From contig CAWCUS010000006.1 of assembly GCA_963798845.1 (NCBI GenBank), positions 288,001-352,000 on the forward strand: a stretch of 64,000 nt of DNA, read 5' to 3'. This document shows, piece after piece, positions 30,457 through 41,144 of this stretch. The stretch comes from an uncultured Gemmatimonadales bacterium (GTDB lineage Bacteria > Gemmatimonadota > Gemmatimonadetes > Longimicrobiales > RSA9). The notes beneath the pieces were generated by a model that saw only the letters and a program-made list of their open reading frames with translations, was not told the origin of the DNA and did not search any database. A program made the translations under genes and the position numbers. Each line of letters opens with the position of its first letter. Position 1 is the stretch's first letter.

Positions 30457-32190
30457 ATGCACTGGATCGACTGGCTCATTGTCGCCGGCTACCTCGGCTA
30501 CGTCCTCTGGGACGGGCTCCGCCGCGCTCGCGGAACCGACGAGATCGAGGGCTACTTTCTCGCCAACCGCAGCCTCCCCTGGTGGGCGGTCGGGCTCAGC
30601 GTCATGGCCACGCAGCTCTCCGCCATCACCCTCGTGGGTACCACGGGGCAGGGGGCCACGGACGGGATGCGCTTCGTTCAGTTCTACTTCGGACTGCCGC
30701 TGGCCATGCTCATCCTGTCCTTCACGCTCGTCCCGTTCTTCCACCGCGCGAAGGTCTTCACGGCCTACGAGTATCTCGAAAAACGCTTCGACGGCCGCAC
30801 CCGCACGCTCACCAGCGCCCTCTTCCTCCTCTCCCGCGGGATGTCGGTCGGCGTGATCATCTCTGCCCCGGCGGTCATCCTCTCCTCCACGCTCGGCCTC
30901 GGACTGCCCCTGGCGGTGGTCGTCATCGGCGCGCCGGCCGTCCTCTACACCGTGTTCGGCGGCGTCCAGGCAGTCACATGGGTGGACGTGAAGCAGATGG
31001 TCCTCATCGTCTTCGGCCTCGGCGCCCTCCTCGTCGTCCTCTTCCTCGGCCTCCCCGGCGACGTCGGCGTCGGCAGCGCACTCCGCCTCGCCGGCACCAC
31101 GGGCAGGCTGCGCACCTTCGATTTCAGCTTCGACCTGCACGAAACCTACACGTTCTGGTCGGGGCTCATCGGCGGCACGTTCCTCATGCTCTCGTATTTC
31201 GGGACCGACCAGAGTCAGGTCCAGCGCTACCTCGCCGCCCGCTCGGTCGACGAGGCGCGCAGCTCCCTCCTCATGAGCGCCTACTGGAAGATCCCGCTCC
31301 AGGCCCTCGTCCTCCTGGTGGGCGTGATGGTGTTCGTTTTCTACCTTTTCAACCAGCCGCCACTCCTCTTCAACTCCGACCACGACGCCCGCGTCCGCGA
31401 AGCCGCCAGGTCCGAATACACGCAGCTCCAGCAGAGCTATGCAGACGCGTTCTCCCGCCGCCGCGACGCCGCCCTCGGCTTCGCCCGCGCCCGCGACGCC
31501 GGTCAGCCCAATGTCGCCCGCGCCGCCGCCACGGAGTTCCGCGACGACAACGGCCGGCTCCAGGAGATCCGCGCCGACGCGCTGAGCCTCGCCGAGCGCA
31601 CCACCGGCGAGAACCCCCGCGACGTGAACTACATCATCCCCGCATTCGTGCTCGGCGAGCTCCCGCCGGTCATCCCGGGCCTGTTCATCGCCGCCGTCCT
31701 GGCCGCGGCAATGTCCTCCATCGCCGCGGAGCTGAACTCCCTCTCCACCGCTACGGTCATCGACTTCTACAGGCGACTCGTCCGCACGTCCGCCTCGGAC
31801 GCCCATTACCTCGCCGTCTCGAAGCTCGCCACTGGAGTCTGGGGCGCCTTCGCCTGCGTCGTCGCGGTCTACGCCGTCGCCCTCGGGTCGCTCATCGAGG
31901 TGGTCAACCGCTTCGGATCGTTCTTCTACGGGTCCATCCTCGGAGTCTTCGTCCTCGCGCTGATCCCGCGCGCCCGCGCCCGGGGCGCCTTCATCGGCCT
32001 CATCGCCGGGATGCTCAGCGTCGGCCTCGTCGACCGCCTCACCGGCATCGCTTTCCTCTGGCTCAATGTCGTGGGGGCCGTGGCCGTGGTCACCGTCGGC
32101 ATGGCCCTGAGCTGGCTGGCACCCGGCCAGCTCGCCCCGGCCGTCCCACCCCCGGACGCCCCCCTCCCCCAGGAGCCGCGCCCGGGGTGA
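30457..32190 (+). CDS. Sodium:solute symporter (SSS family)
   Basis: [42 protein letters not shown]. Confidence 0.95.
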   Translation: MHWIDWLIVAGYLGYVLWDGLRRARGTDEIEGYFLANRSLPWWAVGLSVMATQLSAITLVGTTGQGATDGMRFVQFYFGLPLAMLILSFTLVPFFHRAKVFTAYEYLEKRFDGRTRTLTSALFLLSRGMSVGVIISAPAVILSSTLGLGLPLAVVVIGAPAVLYTVFGGVQAVTWVDVKQMVLIVFGLGALLVVLFLGLPGDVGVGSALRLAGTTGRLRTFDFSFDLHETYTFWSGLIGGTFLMLSYFGTDQSQVQRYLAARSVDEARSSLLMSAYWKIPLQALVLLVGVMVFVFYLFNQPPLLFNSDHDARVREAARSEYTQLQQSYADAFSRRRDAALGFARARDAGQPNVARAAATEFRDDNGRLQEIRADALSLAERTTGENPRDVNYIIPAFVLGELPPVIPGLFIAAVLAAAMSSIAAELNSLSTATVIDFYRRLVRTSASDAHYLAVSKLATGVWGAFACVVAVYAVALGSLIEVVNRFGSFFYGSILGVFVLALIPRARARGAFIGLIAGMLSVGLVDRLTGIAFLWLNVVGAVAVVTVGMALSWLAPGQLAPAVPPPDAPLPQEPRPG

Positions 32191-32384
32191 CCGGCCTCAC
32201 GGCCGCCCGCGACCGCACGCCTCCCCTGGGCGCCCGGCTGCGCGCCCTGCCGTCCACACACGCGCCACTCACTTCCTGACCGCCCCGGCCCGACCATTGC
32301 ACGTCGTTCGCGTCCGCGCTGCCCAGGGCCCGCTCGACTCCAGCGGGTCAATGGGTTCAACGGTCCAGAGCTCCACCGGTCGAC

Positions 32385-33344
32385 ATGTCCCCGTCCCGGG
32401 CACCCCGCCGCTCGCCTCCGGCCATCCGCGTCGGCATCTCCGGCTGGCGTTACCCCGGTTGGCGCGGCGACTTCTACCCGGAATCGCTGCCCCAGCGCGC
32501 CGAGATGGCCTACGCCTGCAGCCGCTTCCCCACCGTCGAGCTGAACGGGACGTTCTATTCCCTCCAGCGCGCGGCCTATTTCGAGAAATGGCGCGAGGAC
32601 ACCGGCGACGATTTCGTGTTCGCAATCAAGGGGAGCCGGTTCATCACCCACATGCTCCAGCTGAACGAGCCGCGGCAAGCGCTGGCCAACTTCTTCGCCC
32701 AGGGCATCCTGGCGCTCGGCGCCAGGCTCGGGCCCATCCTCTGGCAGTTCTCGAGTCGGTTCCGGTTCCGCGAGGAAAAGCTGCGCCCCTTCCTCGCGCT
32801 CCTCCCCCACGACCAGGCGCACGCCGCCCGCCTCGCCCGGGAGCACGACCACCGCGTCAAGGACCCCGCCGTCGCGCTGCAAAGCGAGCGCCTCGCCGGC
32901 ACACGGGTTCGCCACGCCCTCGAAGTCCGCCACGAGAGCTTCATCACGCCCGCCTTCCTCGACCTCCTCCGCGAGCACGACGCCGCCGCCGTCGTTTCCG
33001 ACAACCCCGGCCTCTACCCGGTCATCGACGAGCCCACCACCGATTTCATGTACCTGCGCCTCCACGGCGCCGAAGCCATGTACGCCGGCAGCTACACCGA
33101 CTCCGCCCTCGACCAATGGGCCAGCCGCATCGCCGGCTGGCACGCTCCCCGGCCGACTGAGGCGCCCGAGAACGACGACGACGCCGAGCACCACGGGGTC
33201 GAACCCGCCCGGCATGACGTCTTCGCGTACTTCGACAACGACCAGAAGACCCGCGCCCCCTTTGACGCTCGCCGGCTCATGGAGCGGCTCCACCTCGAGG
33301 CTTCCTTCTTTGCCCCGGGTACGGAGGACGGCATGCCCTTCTGA
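32385..33344 (+). CDS. DUF72 family protein
   Basis: VGISGWRY..W..FYP, VELNGTFY, KGSRFITH, LEVRH, YLRLHG, YFDND. Confidence 0.93.
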   Translation: MSPSRAPRRSPPAIRVGISGWRYPGWRGDFYPESLPQRAEMAYACSRFPTVELNGTFYSLQRAAYFEKWREDTGDDFVFAIKGSRFITHMLQLNEPRQALANFFAQGILALGARLGPILWQFSSRFRFREEKLRPFLALLPHDQAHAARLAREHDHRVKDPAVALQSERLAGTRVRHALEVRHESFITPAFLDLLREHDAAAVVSDNPGLYPVIDEPTTDFMYLRLHGAEAMYAGSYTDSALDQWASRIAGWHAPRPTEAPENDDDAEHHGVEPARHDVFAYFDNDQKTRAPFDARRLMERLHLEASFFAPGTEDGMPF

Positions 33345-33414
33345 CGGGTGCACCCGGTCTCCCGTCTCTCCCCCGCGGTTTCCCGGTTTCCACATTTCCC
33401 ATACCTTCTCCCCC

Positions 33415-33732
33415 ATGGACAACCCACGAATCCAGAGCCTCCGGCGAATGCTCGAGAAGCACCCGTCGGACGCACGGCTTCATTTCGGCCTGGCCCTCGA
33501 GCACGAGAAGCTGGGGCAATGGGAAGACGTCGCGGCCCAGCTCCGCCGTTATCTCGAGCTGACCGAGGACCAGGGCAACGCCTGGGGACGCCTCGGCGCC
33601 GCGCTCCGCCGCCTGGAGCGCGATGAGGAGGCCCGCGAGGCGTATCGCGCCGGTGCGGACGCCGCGCGGCGGCACCATCACCCTTCGATGGCCGAGGAGT
33701 TCGATGAGATCCTGGAGGAGTGGGGCGATTAG
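33415..33732 (+). CDS. Small TPR protein
   Basis: MDNPRIQSLRRMLEKHPSDARLHFGLALE...AWGRLG...EAREAY helical repeats. Confidence 0.8.
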   Translation: MDNPRIQSLRRMLEKHPSDARLHFGLALEHEKLGQWEDVAAQLRRYLELTEDQGNAWGRLGAALRRLERDEEAREAYRAGADAARRHHHPSMAEEFDEILEEWGD

Positions 33733-33759
33733 CGCGCAGGCTCCACCACCGGGGAGGTC

Positions 33760-34425
33760 ATGAGCTTCCTTTCCTTCTTCCTTGCGGCGCACCTGATCTG
33801 GATCTCCGGCCCGGGGCGGCTCACCGTCCGCCCTCCCGCCGAGGCCGCCGACACCGGCACCTACTACATCCTTCGGAGCGACATCCTGATCGGTCGCGAG
33901 CGGTACGCCCGCAGCGACACCCTCCTCACGGTCGAGCTCGCGTTCCAGGACCAGCCCCGCCTCGACGTCCGGGCATCACTCCGCCTCGACGCCACGGTCC
34001 GCCGCCTCGAGCTGCGCGTTTTCCCGGCCGACCTCGAGGACACGACGCTGATCCAGTCCTCCGCAGCCACCTTCTCCGACGGGGCCGTGCAGCTCGAGCA
34101 GCCGATCGGTACGCCCGCAGCGGACACCGTCCAGGTGCCCGCCGGGACGCTCCCCTTCCTCAGCCCCAGCCCCTCCTTCATCGAGCAGATCGTTCGGCGC
34201 GCCCGGGTCCTCGGCGCCCAGAAACCCGTGAGGATCTGGATTCCGGATGCCGGGGGCGGTCGCGTCCTGCCCGTGACCGTGACCTTTACGGACAACGGGC
34301 TCGCCACCGTGCAGTTCGAGGAAATCCGTGCAGAGCTCGCCTTCGACCACGACGGCGTCCTTCTCGGGGCCGCCATCCCCGCTCGGGCCATCCGCATCCA
34401 CCGGGCACCACCGCCCGAGGACTAG
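33760..34425 (+). CDS. Hypothetical exported protein
   Basis: RBS GGGGAGG, hydrophobic N-terminus, beta-rich body. Confidence 0.65.
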   Translation: MSFLSFFLAAHLIWISGPGRLTVRPPAEAADTGTYYILRSDILIGRERYARSDTLLTVELAFQDQPRLDVRASLRLDATVRRLELRVFPADLEDTTLIQSSAATFSDGAVQLEQPIGTPAADTVQVPAGTLPFLSPSPSFIEQIVRRARVLGAQKPVRIWIPDAGGGRVLPVTVTFTDNGLATVQFEEIRAELAFDHDGVLLGAAIPARAIRIHRAPPPED

Positions 34426-34429
34426 AAGG

Positions 34430-35032
34430 CTACTCCAGCAGGCTCCCCTGCCCCCCCACCGGCGGGACTTCGTGGCACGCCCGGCAGCGCGCCTCGTACG
34501 ACTCCAGCCCCCCCACCTGGATCGTCGGCCCCTCCGCCGGCGCCGGGCGGCCATCGATCAGCCGCTGGTTCCGCGTCGCCAGCTCTCCGCACCGAACGCA
34601 GATCGCGTTCAGCTTGTCCACCTTCTCCGCCACCGCCAGCAGCGCCCCGATCGGACCGAACGGTCGACCCCGGAAATCCATGTCCGTCCCCGCCACGATC
34701 ACCCGAACCCCGCGGTCCGCCAGCGCGTTCGCCACCCTCACCACACCGTCATCCAGAAACTGCACCTCGTCCACCGCCACCACTTCCGTGTCCGGACGAA
34801 CCCGCGCCATCAGCTCCGCTGAAGTCGAGATCGGTTCCGCTTCCACCCGCCCCAGATCGTGTGAGATCACCTCGCGGATCCCGTAGCGATCGTCCAGCTG
34901 CGATTTGAAGACCTGCACCCGGTTTCGCGCCAGCGTCGCCCGCCGCACGCGACGGATCAGCTCCTCGGATTTCCCCGAGAACATGACCCCGCTCACCACC
35001 TCGATCCATCCCGTCCGCTTCGCTCCTCCCAT
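34430..35032 (-). CDS. tdk: Thymidine kinase
   Basis: [28 protein letters not shown], zinc Cxx[16 protein letters not shown]. Confidence 0.96.
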   Translation of the reverse strand: MGGAKRTGWIEVVSGVMFSGKSEELIRRVRRATLARNRVQVFKSQLDDRYGIREVISHDLGRVEAEPISTSAELMARVRPDTEVVAVDEVQFLDDGVVRVANALADRGVRVIVAGTDMDFRGRPFGPIGALLAVAEKVDKLNAICVRCGELATRNQRLIDGRPAPAEGPTIQVGGLESYEARCRACHEVPPVGGQGSLLE

Positions 35033-35098
35033 GGCCGCCAACCTACCCGCGCCCCCCTCCCCCCGTCCACCCCTCCAGCCCTCCCCTCCTGTGAGAGA

Positions 35099-35320
35099 GC
35101 CCGAGCCCCTCTGCGAGGGCGAAGCCCGAGCCCCTCTGCGAGGCCGAAGCCCGAGCCCCTCTGCGAGGCCGAAGCCCGAGCCCCTCTGCGAGGCCGAAGC
35201 CCGAGCCCCTCTGCGAGGCCGAAGGCCGAGCCCCTCTGCGAGGGCGAAGGCCCGAGCCCCTCTGCGAGGGCGAAGCCCGAGCCCCTCTGCGAGGCCGGAA
35301 GGCCGAGCCCCTCTGTAGGG
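35099..35320. repeat. Tandem repeat, about 8.8 copies of a 25-bp unit GCCCGAGCCCCTCTGCGAGG(C/G)CGAA
   Basis: Units start at 35099, 35124, 35149, 35174, 35199, 35224, 35249, 35275 and a partial at 35301; no spacers. Confidence 0.95.
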
Positions 35321-35382
35321 AATCCCCCCACACTCCCCCGCCGAACTTCCTCCATTCCCCTACATACACTCTCCCCAATACA

Positions 35383-35396
35383 GGATAACCTTATGC
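35383..35396. promoter_or_regulatory. Imperfect palindrome GGATAA-CC-TTATGC, candidate Rrf2 operator
   Basis: AT-rich patch directly upstream of the Rrf2 start, one mismatch from dyad symmetry. Confidence 0.35.
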
Positions 35397-35416
35397 ACAA
35401 ATAAGGAATGCAACCC

Positions 35417-35884
35417 ATGAACCTCTCTCAAACGGCTGAACACGCGCTCCGCGCCGTCCTCTTCCTGGCACGACAGCCGGAGCGGACGCGCGTTCCTGCC
35501 GAAGCGATCGCCGACGCGCTGGGCGCGCCGCGGAACTACCTCGCCAAGACCCTGGGCGTCCTGGCCAGGGCGGGCGTGATCGACGGAATGCGAGGGCCGA
35601 CGGGTGGGTTCCAGCTCAGGGTTCCCGCGCGCGAGCTGACGCTCGCGAGGGTGGTCCTGGAGTTCGATGAGCCGGCGCCTGGCCGGATGTGTCTGGTGGG
35701 GGGCCACCTGTGCGACAGTCTGGCGCCGTGCGTGGCCCATGGGCGGTGGATGTCGGTGCGGGCGGCGGCCCGGGCGCCGATGGAGCAGACCACGATTGCG
35801 GACCTCCTGAGCGGTGCGGCGGGAGTGGCGCGTCCGGAGCCGGAAGTCGCGATCCGGCAACATAGAATGGAGGAGGGGCGATGA
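35417..35884 (+). CDS. Rrf2-family transcriptional regulator with three Cys (putative Fe-S/NO sensor)
   Basis: [28 protein letters not shown]-x6-C-x5-C-x2-H. Start 35408 or 35417. Confidence 0.9.
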   Translation: MNLSQTAEHALRAVLFLARQPERTRVPAEAIADALGAPRNYLAKTLGVLARAGVIDGMRGPTGGFQLRVPARELTLARVVLEFDEPAPGRMCLVGGHLCDSLAPCVAHGRWMSVRAAARAPMEQTTIADLLSGAAGVARPEPEVAIRQHRMEEGR

Positions 35885-37005
35885 GTGAGATCAGGAAGAT
35901 GGTGAAGGCTCGCTGGGTGACGATCGGAGCGTTCGGAGCGCTGCTGGCGGCGAGCGCGGTCGCCTTTACGCTGTCGGCGGCCGAGCCGGAGACGCCGATG
36001 AGCGCCGCGATCCCGACGACCCCGAAGCTGCCGGAGATCCGGGGCGAGGAGCACGCGCAGCTCACGACGCCGCCGTTCGTGCCGGCGCCGATCACCCGGG
36101 ATTACGCCACGAAGGTGATCGTCGACCTGGAAGTGGTCGAGAAGCCCATGAAGCTGGCCGACGGGGTCGAGTACAACATGTGGACGTTCGGCGGCACGGT
36201 CCCGGGGCGGTTCATCCGGGTGCGGGAGGGTGACCTGGTGGACTTCCACCTCCAGAACGCTCCCGGGAACATGATGCCTCACAACATCGACCTGCACGCG
36301 GTCACCGGCCCGGGCGGCGGCGCGAAGGCCACGATGACGATGCCTGGCAAGGAGACGTCGTTCGAGTTCCGGGCCCTCAAGCCCGGGCTGTACGTCTACC
36401 ACTGCGCGATGGCGCCGGTCGGGATCCACATGGCCAACGGCATGTACGGGCTGATCCTGGTGGAGCCGAAGGAGGGGCTGCCGAAGGTCGACCGCGAGTA
36501 CTACGTCATGCAGGGCGAGTTCTACACGAAGGGGAGGTACGGGGAGGCGGGGCTGCAGAGCTTCGACATGGACAAAGCGCTCTCCGAGACGCCCGACTAC
36601 GTGGTCTTCAACGGCGCCGTCGGCTCACTCACGGGGGAGCACGCCCTGAAGGCGCAAACGGGTGAGACCGTCCGCCTGTTCGTCGGCGACGCGGGGCCGA
36701 ATCTGGTCAGCTCGTTCCACGTCATCGGCGAGATCTTCGACAACGTGTACCGCGAGGGCGGGATCACGGCGGAGCACAACGTCCAGACCACGTTGATCCC
36801 GGCGGGCGCGGCGAGCACCGTCGAGTTCCGGGTCGAGGTCCCCGGCGACTACATCCTCGTCGACCACGCGATCTTCCGTGCGTTCAACAAGGGGGCCCTG
36901 GGGATCCTGTCCGTCTCGGGGGACAAGAACCTGGCAGTTTTCAGCGGGCAGACGTCGGATCGGGATTACGCCCCATCCGCGACGGCCCCGGCGGACCAGG
37001 ACTGA
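35881..37005 (+). CDS. nirK: Copper-containing nitrite reductase (AniA-like class)
   Basis: [19 protein letters not shown]...[40 protein letters not shown]-terminal signal/TM. Confidence 0.96.
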   Translation: MSEIRKMVKARWVTIGAFGALLAASAVAFTLSAAEPETPMSAAIPTTPKLPEIRGEEHAQLTTPPFVPAPITRDYATKVIVDLEVVEKPMKLADGVEYNMWTFGGTVPGRFIRVREGDLVDFHLQNAPGNMMPHNIDLHAVTGPGGGAKATMTMPGKETSFEFRALKPGLYVYHCAMAPVGIHMANGMYGLILVEPKEGLPKVDREYYVMQGEFYTKGRYGEAGLQSFDMDKALSETPDYVVFNGAVGSLTGEHALKAQTGETVRLFVGDAGPNLVSSFHVIGEIFDNVYREGGITAEHNVQTTLIPAGAASTVEFRVEVPGDYILVDHAIFRAFNKGALGILSVSGDKNLAVFSGQTSDRDYAPSATAPADQD

Positions 37006-37018
37006 CCTCGCCACGGGA

Positions 37019-37810
37019 ATGACCGTTCGACGACTGGCCGCCCTGCTCCTCGCCTTGCCCCTCCCCCTCGCCGCCCAGACGGGGAGGGAGGGAGCGGGCG
37101 CGCCCATGGAGCGCCCCGGCGACATGGTCGTGGTCCCCGCCGGCAGCTACACCCCTCTCTACTCCCCGGACAGCGCCGTGGTCTCGGTCGCCGCGTTCCG
37201 ACTCGACGCTTTTCCGGTCACGCGCGCCCAATTCGCGGCCTTCCTCGCAGCGGAGCCCCGGTGGCGGCGGAGCCGCGTCAAGCCGGTGTTCGCCGACAGC
37301 CGCTATCTGTCCGACTGGGACGAAGACGTGCGGCCTGGCGCCAGACCGAACGCACCGGTCACGGCGGTTTCGTGGTTCGCGGCGCGCGCCTACTGCCAGT
37401 GGGCCGGGAAGCGGCTCCCCACCACCGACGAGTGGGAATACGCCGGTCGCGCCGACGAGACGCGGCGGGACGCCGAGTCCGATCCCGCGCACCAGCAGCG
37501 GCTCGTGGACCTGGAGACACGAAGGTCGCGCCAGCTTCCGGACGTCGGGACCGTCTTCCGGAGCGTGTTCGGCGTCCACGACATGCACGGCCTGGTCTGG
37601 GAATGGGTCCGTGACTTCAACAGCGTCACCGTGGCCGGCGACTCCCGCGGCACCGCCGCCCGCGACGTCCAGCTCTTCTGCGCTGCCAGCGCGGAGGGGG
37701 CCACCGACACCGGCGACTACGCCGCGTTCATGCGCTACGCGTTTCGGGCGAGCCTGCAGGGCCGGGCCACCGCGCCCGTCCTGGGCTTCCGGTGCGCTGA
37801 CGACCTCTGA
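37019..37810 (+). CDS. FGE/SUMF1-domain protein (NirV-like accessory)
   Basis: PVTRAQF, PVTAVSWFAARAYC, RLPTTDEWEYA, DMHGLVWEW, LGFRC; directly after nirK. Confidence 0.88.
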   Translation: MTVRRLAALLLALPLPLAAQTGREGAGAPMERPGDMVVVPAGSYTPLYSPDSAVVSVAAFRLDAFPVTRAQFAAFLAAEPRWRRSRVKPVFADSRYLSDWDEDVRPGARPNAPVTAVSWFAARAYCQWAGKRLPTTDEWEYAGRADETRRDAESDPAHQQRLVDLETRRSRQLPDVGTVFRSVFGVHDMHGLVWEWVRDFNSVTVAGDSRGTAARDVQLFCAASAEGATDTGDYAAFMRYAFRASLQGRATAPVLGFRCADDL

Positions 37811-37858
37811 CACTTCGGCCCGCCCTTGATCATCATGAACAGCTACGGCTCCGTCACC

Positions 37859-38509
37859 ATGCGCCGGCTTCTGCTCACCCTCACTCTGGTGTTGCCATTC
37901 GGTCCGGGGGCATGCGCTCCATCGGACCACGACGTCGTGGAGAAGGCGGCGGCCGACACCGGCATGGCAATGGACCAGGCTGCCATGCACCACGACGCAC
38001 CGCCCGCCGCCGACCCCTCCGACTTCTCCGTCTACAACGCGGAGTCCACGTGGCGGGATGCCTCCGGGGCTGAGCGGCGGCTCGGGTCGCTTTCCGGGCG
38101 ACCCCGGGTCCTCGCCATGATCTACACCAACTGCGCTTTCGCCTGTCCCCGGATCCTCGCAGACATGAAGCGGATCGAGGCCGGCCTCCCGGACGCGCTG
38201 GGCGACCGGGTCGGCTTCGTCCTGGTCACGATCGACCCCGAGCGTGACACGCCGAAGCACCTCGCGGAGTTCGCCCGTGGCGCTCGCCTCGACACGGCGC
38301 GCTGGACGCTCCTCACCGGGGATGAAGGGAGCACCCTCGAGCTCGCGGCTCTGCTCGGGGTCCAGTACCGCCGGACCGGCCCAGGACAATGGGTCCACAG
38401 CAACCTGATCACCCTCCTTGACGCGCGAGGCGAAGTGTCCTTCCGGCAGCTGGGTCTCGGCACGGACCCGGCGCCCATGCTCGACGCCATCAGCTCTCTC
38501 TCGGACTGA
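37859..38509 (+). CDS. SCO family copper chaperone (probable lipoprotein)
   Basis: YTNCAFACP (CxxxC), TIDPERDTP, WTLLTG, HSN. Confidence 0.92.
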   Translation: MRRLLLTLTLVLPFGPGACAPSDHDVVEKAAADTGMAMDQAAMHHDAPPAADPSDFSVYNAESTWRDASGAERRLGSLSGRPRVLAMIYTNCAFACPRILADMKRIEAGLPDALGDRVGFVLVTIDPERDTPKHLAEFARGARLDTARWTLLTGDEGSTLELAALLGVQYRRTGPGQWVHSNLITLLDARGEVSFRQLGLGTDPAPMLDAISSLSD

Positions 38510-38573
38510 TCGTTGACCCCGCCGGGCGCCGGGTGCACCATCACCCTCCTCTTCTCGTGCACCAGGAGCGTTC

Positions 38574-39902
38574 GTGCACCTCGTCTGGCACCGTGACGAC
38601 CTGCGGGTCCATGACCACCCGCCTCTCGTCGCAGCAGCGGCGGCGGCCCCCGTTGCAGGCGTGGTCGTACTCGAACCGGACATGCTGGACGGCGAGCTCC
38701 GCCCCCGCGACACGTTCTATCTCCGCTGCGTCGCCGCGCTGCGCGACGAGTACACGGCCCGCGGAGGCATCCTCCTGGTCCGGCCCGGTCTCCCCCAGGA
38801 GGTCCTGCCGGAGCTCGTTCGCCAGCTCGGATCCGTGGACGTCGTCCACGCGATTTCGGCGGTGCCCCGCGCGGCGCGAGACACCGAGCGGGAATGCGCG
38901 CGCACGCTCGGCGCGACGGCGCTGCGCCTGCACGAAGGGGCCTACGTCCACGAGCCGGACGAGGTCCGGACCTCGGCGGGGACCTTCTACACCGTGTTCG
39001 CGCCCTTCTTCCGACACTGGCGCTCCCTCGGCACACCGGCGCCGCTTCCGCCACCACGCCACATCACCACCGACCCCCGCGCCGCCGCCCTGGACCCCGG
39101 TGCCATCCCGGGTCCCCCCAGCGAGATGCAGCTCCCGCCTGCGGGCGAGGCAGCCGCCCTCGACGCCCTCGAGGCGTTCGTCGCCGAGCGCCTTCCGGCG
39201 TATGATCGCGATCGGGATCGCCTCGACGGCCGTGGCAGCTCGCACCTCTCGCCGTGGCTGGCCGTGGGCGCGCTCTCGGCTCGGGCGGCATCAGCCCGCG
39301 TCGAAGCGGTGTCCGGCCCCCGCGCACGTCAGGCGGCCGAGAAGTGGCTGTCCGAGCTCGCATGGCGCGACTTCCTGGCGGACCTCCTGTATCACCGACC
39401 GGACCTGCGCACTGCGCCGTTCGACCCCCGCTGGACGCGCCTCTCCTGGCCCGGAGACGACGACCGTTTCACCGCGTGGCGAGACGGCCGGACGGGCGTT
39501 GCCGCCGTCAATGCGGCAATGCATCAGCTCGCCCGCACCGGCTGGATCTCCAACCGGGCCCGCATGATCGCCGCGCAGTTTCTGGCCAAGAACCTCCGCG
39601 TCGACTGGCGCCGCGGCGCCCGCGTCTTCGAGGACTGGCTGGTGGACGCAGACGTCGCCTCCAACACGGGCAACTGGCAGTGGGCCGCCGGCCTGGGCAT
39701 CGACAACGTGCCGTATTTCCGGGTCATGAACCCCGAGTCTCAGGCCCGGCGTCATGATCCCGACGGCGAGTGGCGCCGCCGCTGGGCTCCCCCTCAGCCT
39801 GGCGATCCGCACCCGGACCACCCCATCGTGGACCTGGCCGAATCGCGCAGGGCCTACGTCGAGGCGGCAAGGAGAGCGCACTCCGGCGACGCTCCGGGGT
39901 AG
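38574..39902 (+). CDS. DNA photolyase (class I CPD photolyase/cryptochrome family)
   Basis: WHRDDLRVHDH, YTVFAPF, SHLSPWL, ELAWRDF, GRTG, TGWISNRARM, SNTGNWQW, YFRVMNP. Confidence 0.93.
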   Translation: MHLVWHRDDLRVHDHPPLVAAAAAAPVAGVVVLEPDMLDGELRPRDTFYLRCVAALRDEYTARGGILLVRPGLPQEVLPELVRQLGSVDVVHAISAVPRAARDTERECARTLGATALRLHEGAYVHEPDEVRTSAGTFYTVFAPFFRHWRSLGTPAPLPPPRHITTDPRAAALDPGAIPGPPSEMQLPPAGEAAALDALEAFVAERLPAYDRDRDRLDGRGSSHLSPWLAVGALSARAASARVEAVSGPRARQAAEKWLSELAWRDFLADLLYHRPDLRTAPFDPRWTRLSWPGDDDRFTAWRDGRTGVAAVNAAMHQLARTGWISNRARMIAAQFLAKNLRVDWRRGARVFEDWLVDADVASNTGNWQWAAGLGIDNVPYFRVMNPESQARRHDPDGEWRRRWAPPQPGDPHPDHPIVDLAESRRAYVEAARRAHSGDAPG

Positions 39903-39960
39903 CACCGCGTGTCCGCATCGACGGCCCTCGCGCGTTCAACGCCCGGAGCCACCCATCGCC

Positions 39961-40809
39961 ATGACGCACACCAGGTTGCACTTCGGACTCGCCACGGTCG
40001 TCGCGGCCCTCGCCCTCCTGCCGGGTCCGGGGCGGGCGCAGAACCAGTACATCACTGGACGTGTCCTCGATGACGAATCCGAGCAGCCGCTGGAAGGCGT
40101 GCACCTGGCCCTCCTCGACTCGGCCGGGGTCCAGCGCGCCGACGCCCTCTCCGATTCCGTCGGTACCTTCGCCCTGACCGTTCCCCGGCCCGGGAAGTGG
40201 TGGGTTTCGGCCGGGATCATCGGGCACTCGGCTGTCCGTTCCGAGCCTCTCGACCTCGAGCTCGGCGAACGGGTCACACTCGAGGTCCGCATGGCCGTGG
40301 CCGCCGTCCCGCTCGACCCGATCGTCGTCACCGGCCGCGCCCACCTGAGCCCCGACATCCGCCAGTTCTACGAGCGGAGGAACCGAGGGGAACGCTCCGG
40401 CTTCGGCCAGTACATCACTGCCGCCGAAATCGACGATCGCGGCCCCATCGAGGCCACCGATCTGTTTTACGGCGTCGCGGGAGTGCGGGTCGTCCCTGGC
40501 GCTACCGGCTCCGGCCGGAGTCTTCGCATGACCGCCGGTTGCGTGCCGGCCGTCTTCATCGACGGGATGCAGATCAACCGCTTCCGCGCCAGTGAGTCCA
40601 TCGACGACTACCTTCCGGTCTTCTCCATTGAAGGCATCGAGATCTATCGCGGCGCCGGCTACCAGGTAGGACGCTTCAACGATCCCGGGGGGTGCGGCCT
40701 CGTCCTCATCTGGACCCGCCGCGGCGAGATGGAGCCGGGCTCCCACTTCTCATGGAAGAAGCTCGCGCTGGGGCTCGGGCTCGTCGCCGCCATCTTCTTG
40801 ATCCTCTGA
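39961..40809 (+). CDS. Secreted carboxypeptidase-regulatory-like + TonB plug-like protein with C-terminal TM anchor
   Basis: ITGRVLDDESEQPLEG, LDPIVVTG, FYERR, IEGIEIYRG, CGLVLIWTR; hydrophobic C-terminus. Confidence 0.8.
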   Translation: MTHTRLHFGLATVVAALALLPGPGRAQNQYITGRVLDDESEQPLEGVHLALLDSAGVQRADALSDSVGTFALTVPRPGKWWVSAGIIGHSAVRSEPLDLELGERVTLEVRMAVAAVPLDPIVVTGRAHLSPDIRQFYERRNRGERSGFGQYITAAEIDDRGPIEATDLFYGVAGVRVVPGATGSGRSLRMTAGCVPAVFIDGMQINRFRASESIDDYLPVFSIEGIEIYRGAGYQVGRFNDPGGCGLVLIWTRRGEMEPGSHFSWKKLALGLGLVAAIFLIL

Positions 40810-40893
40810 GCGCGGCGCTCACTGGCTTGGTCCGGCCGCTCCCGCCCCCTACATTGTCGCCCCCGACCCTTTTCGAGCCCACGGAGGCGCCCC

Positions 40894-41100
40894 ATGCCGA
40901 ACCACGTCTACAAGAAGGTCGAGCTCACCGGATCGTCCCCGGACGGAATCAATGAAGCGATTCGAAGCGCGGTTTCCCGGGCCAGCGAAACCATTCACAA
41001 CCTGCGCTGGTTCGAGGTCGGCGAGATCCGCGGCCACATCGAGAACGGGCAGGTCGCTCACTGGCAGGTCACCGTGAAGATCGGCTTCACGCTGGACTGA
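40894..41100 (+). CDS. Dodecin (flavin-binding)
   Basis: [12 protein letters not shown]...LRWFEV...RG...[11 protein letters not shown]. Confidence 0.95.
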   Translation: MPNHVYKKVELTGSSPDGINEAIRSAVSRASETIHNLRWFEVGEIRGHIENGQVAHWQVTVKIGFTLD

Positions 41101-41144
41101 CGGCCACCTTCCAACCGGCGGGCAATCGCCGGCGTGGGCCGCTT

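Noticed and set aside
33345..33414. Pyrimidine-rich short periodic stretch (TTTCCCGG/TTTCCACA/TTTCCCAT)
   Set aside because: Only three degenerate units in a short spacer; not distinguishable from low-complexity sequence.
35099..35320. CRISPR array
   Set aside because: Units are head-to-tail with no unique spacers and there are no cas genes in the window.
34905..35418. ORFs spanning the 25-bp repeat
   Set aside because: Translations simply mirror the repeat, the unit length is not a multiple of 3, and they overlap tdk or the promoter region.
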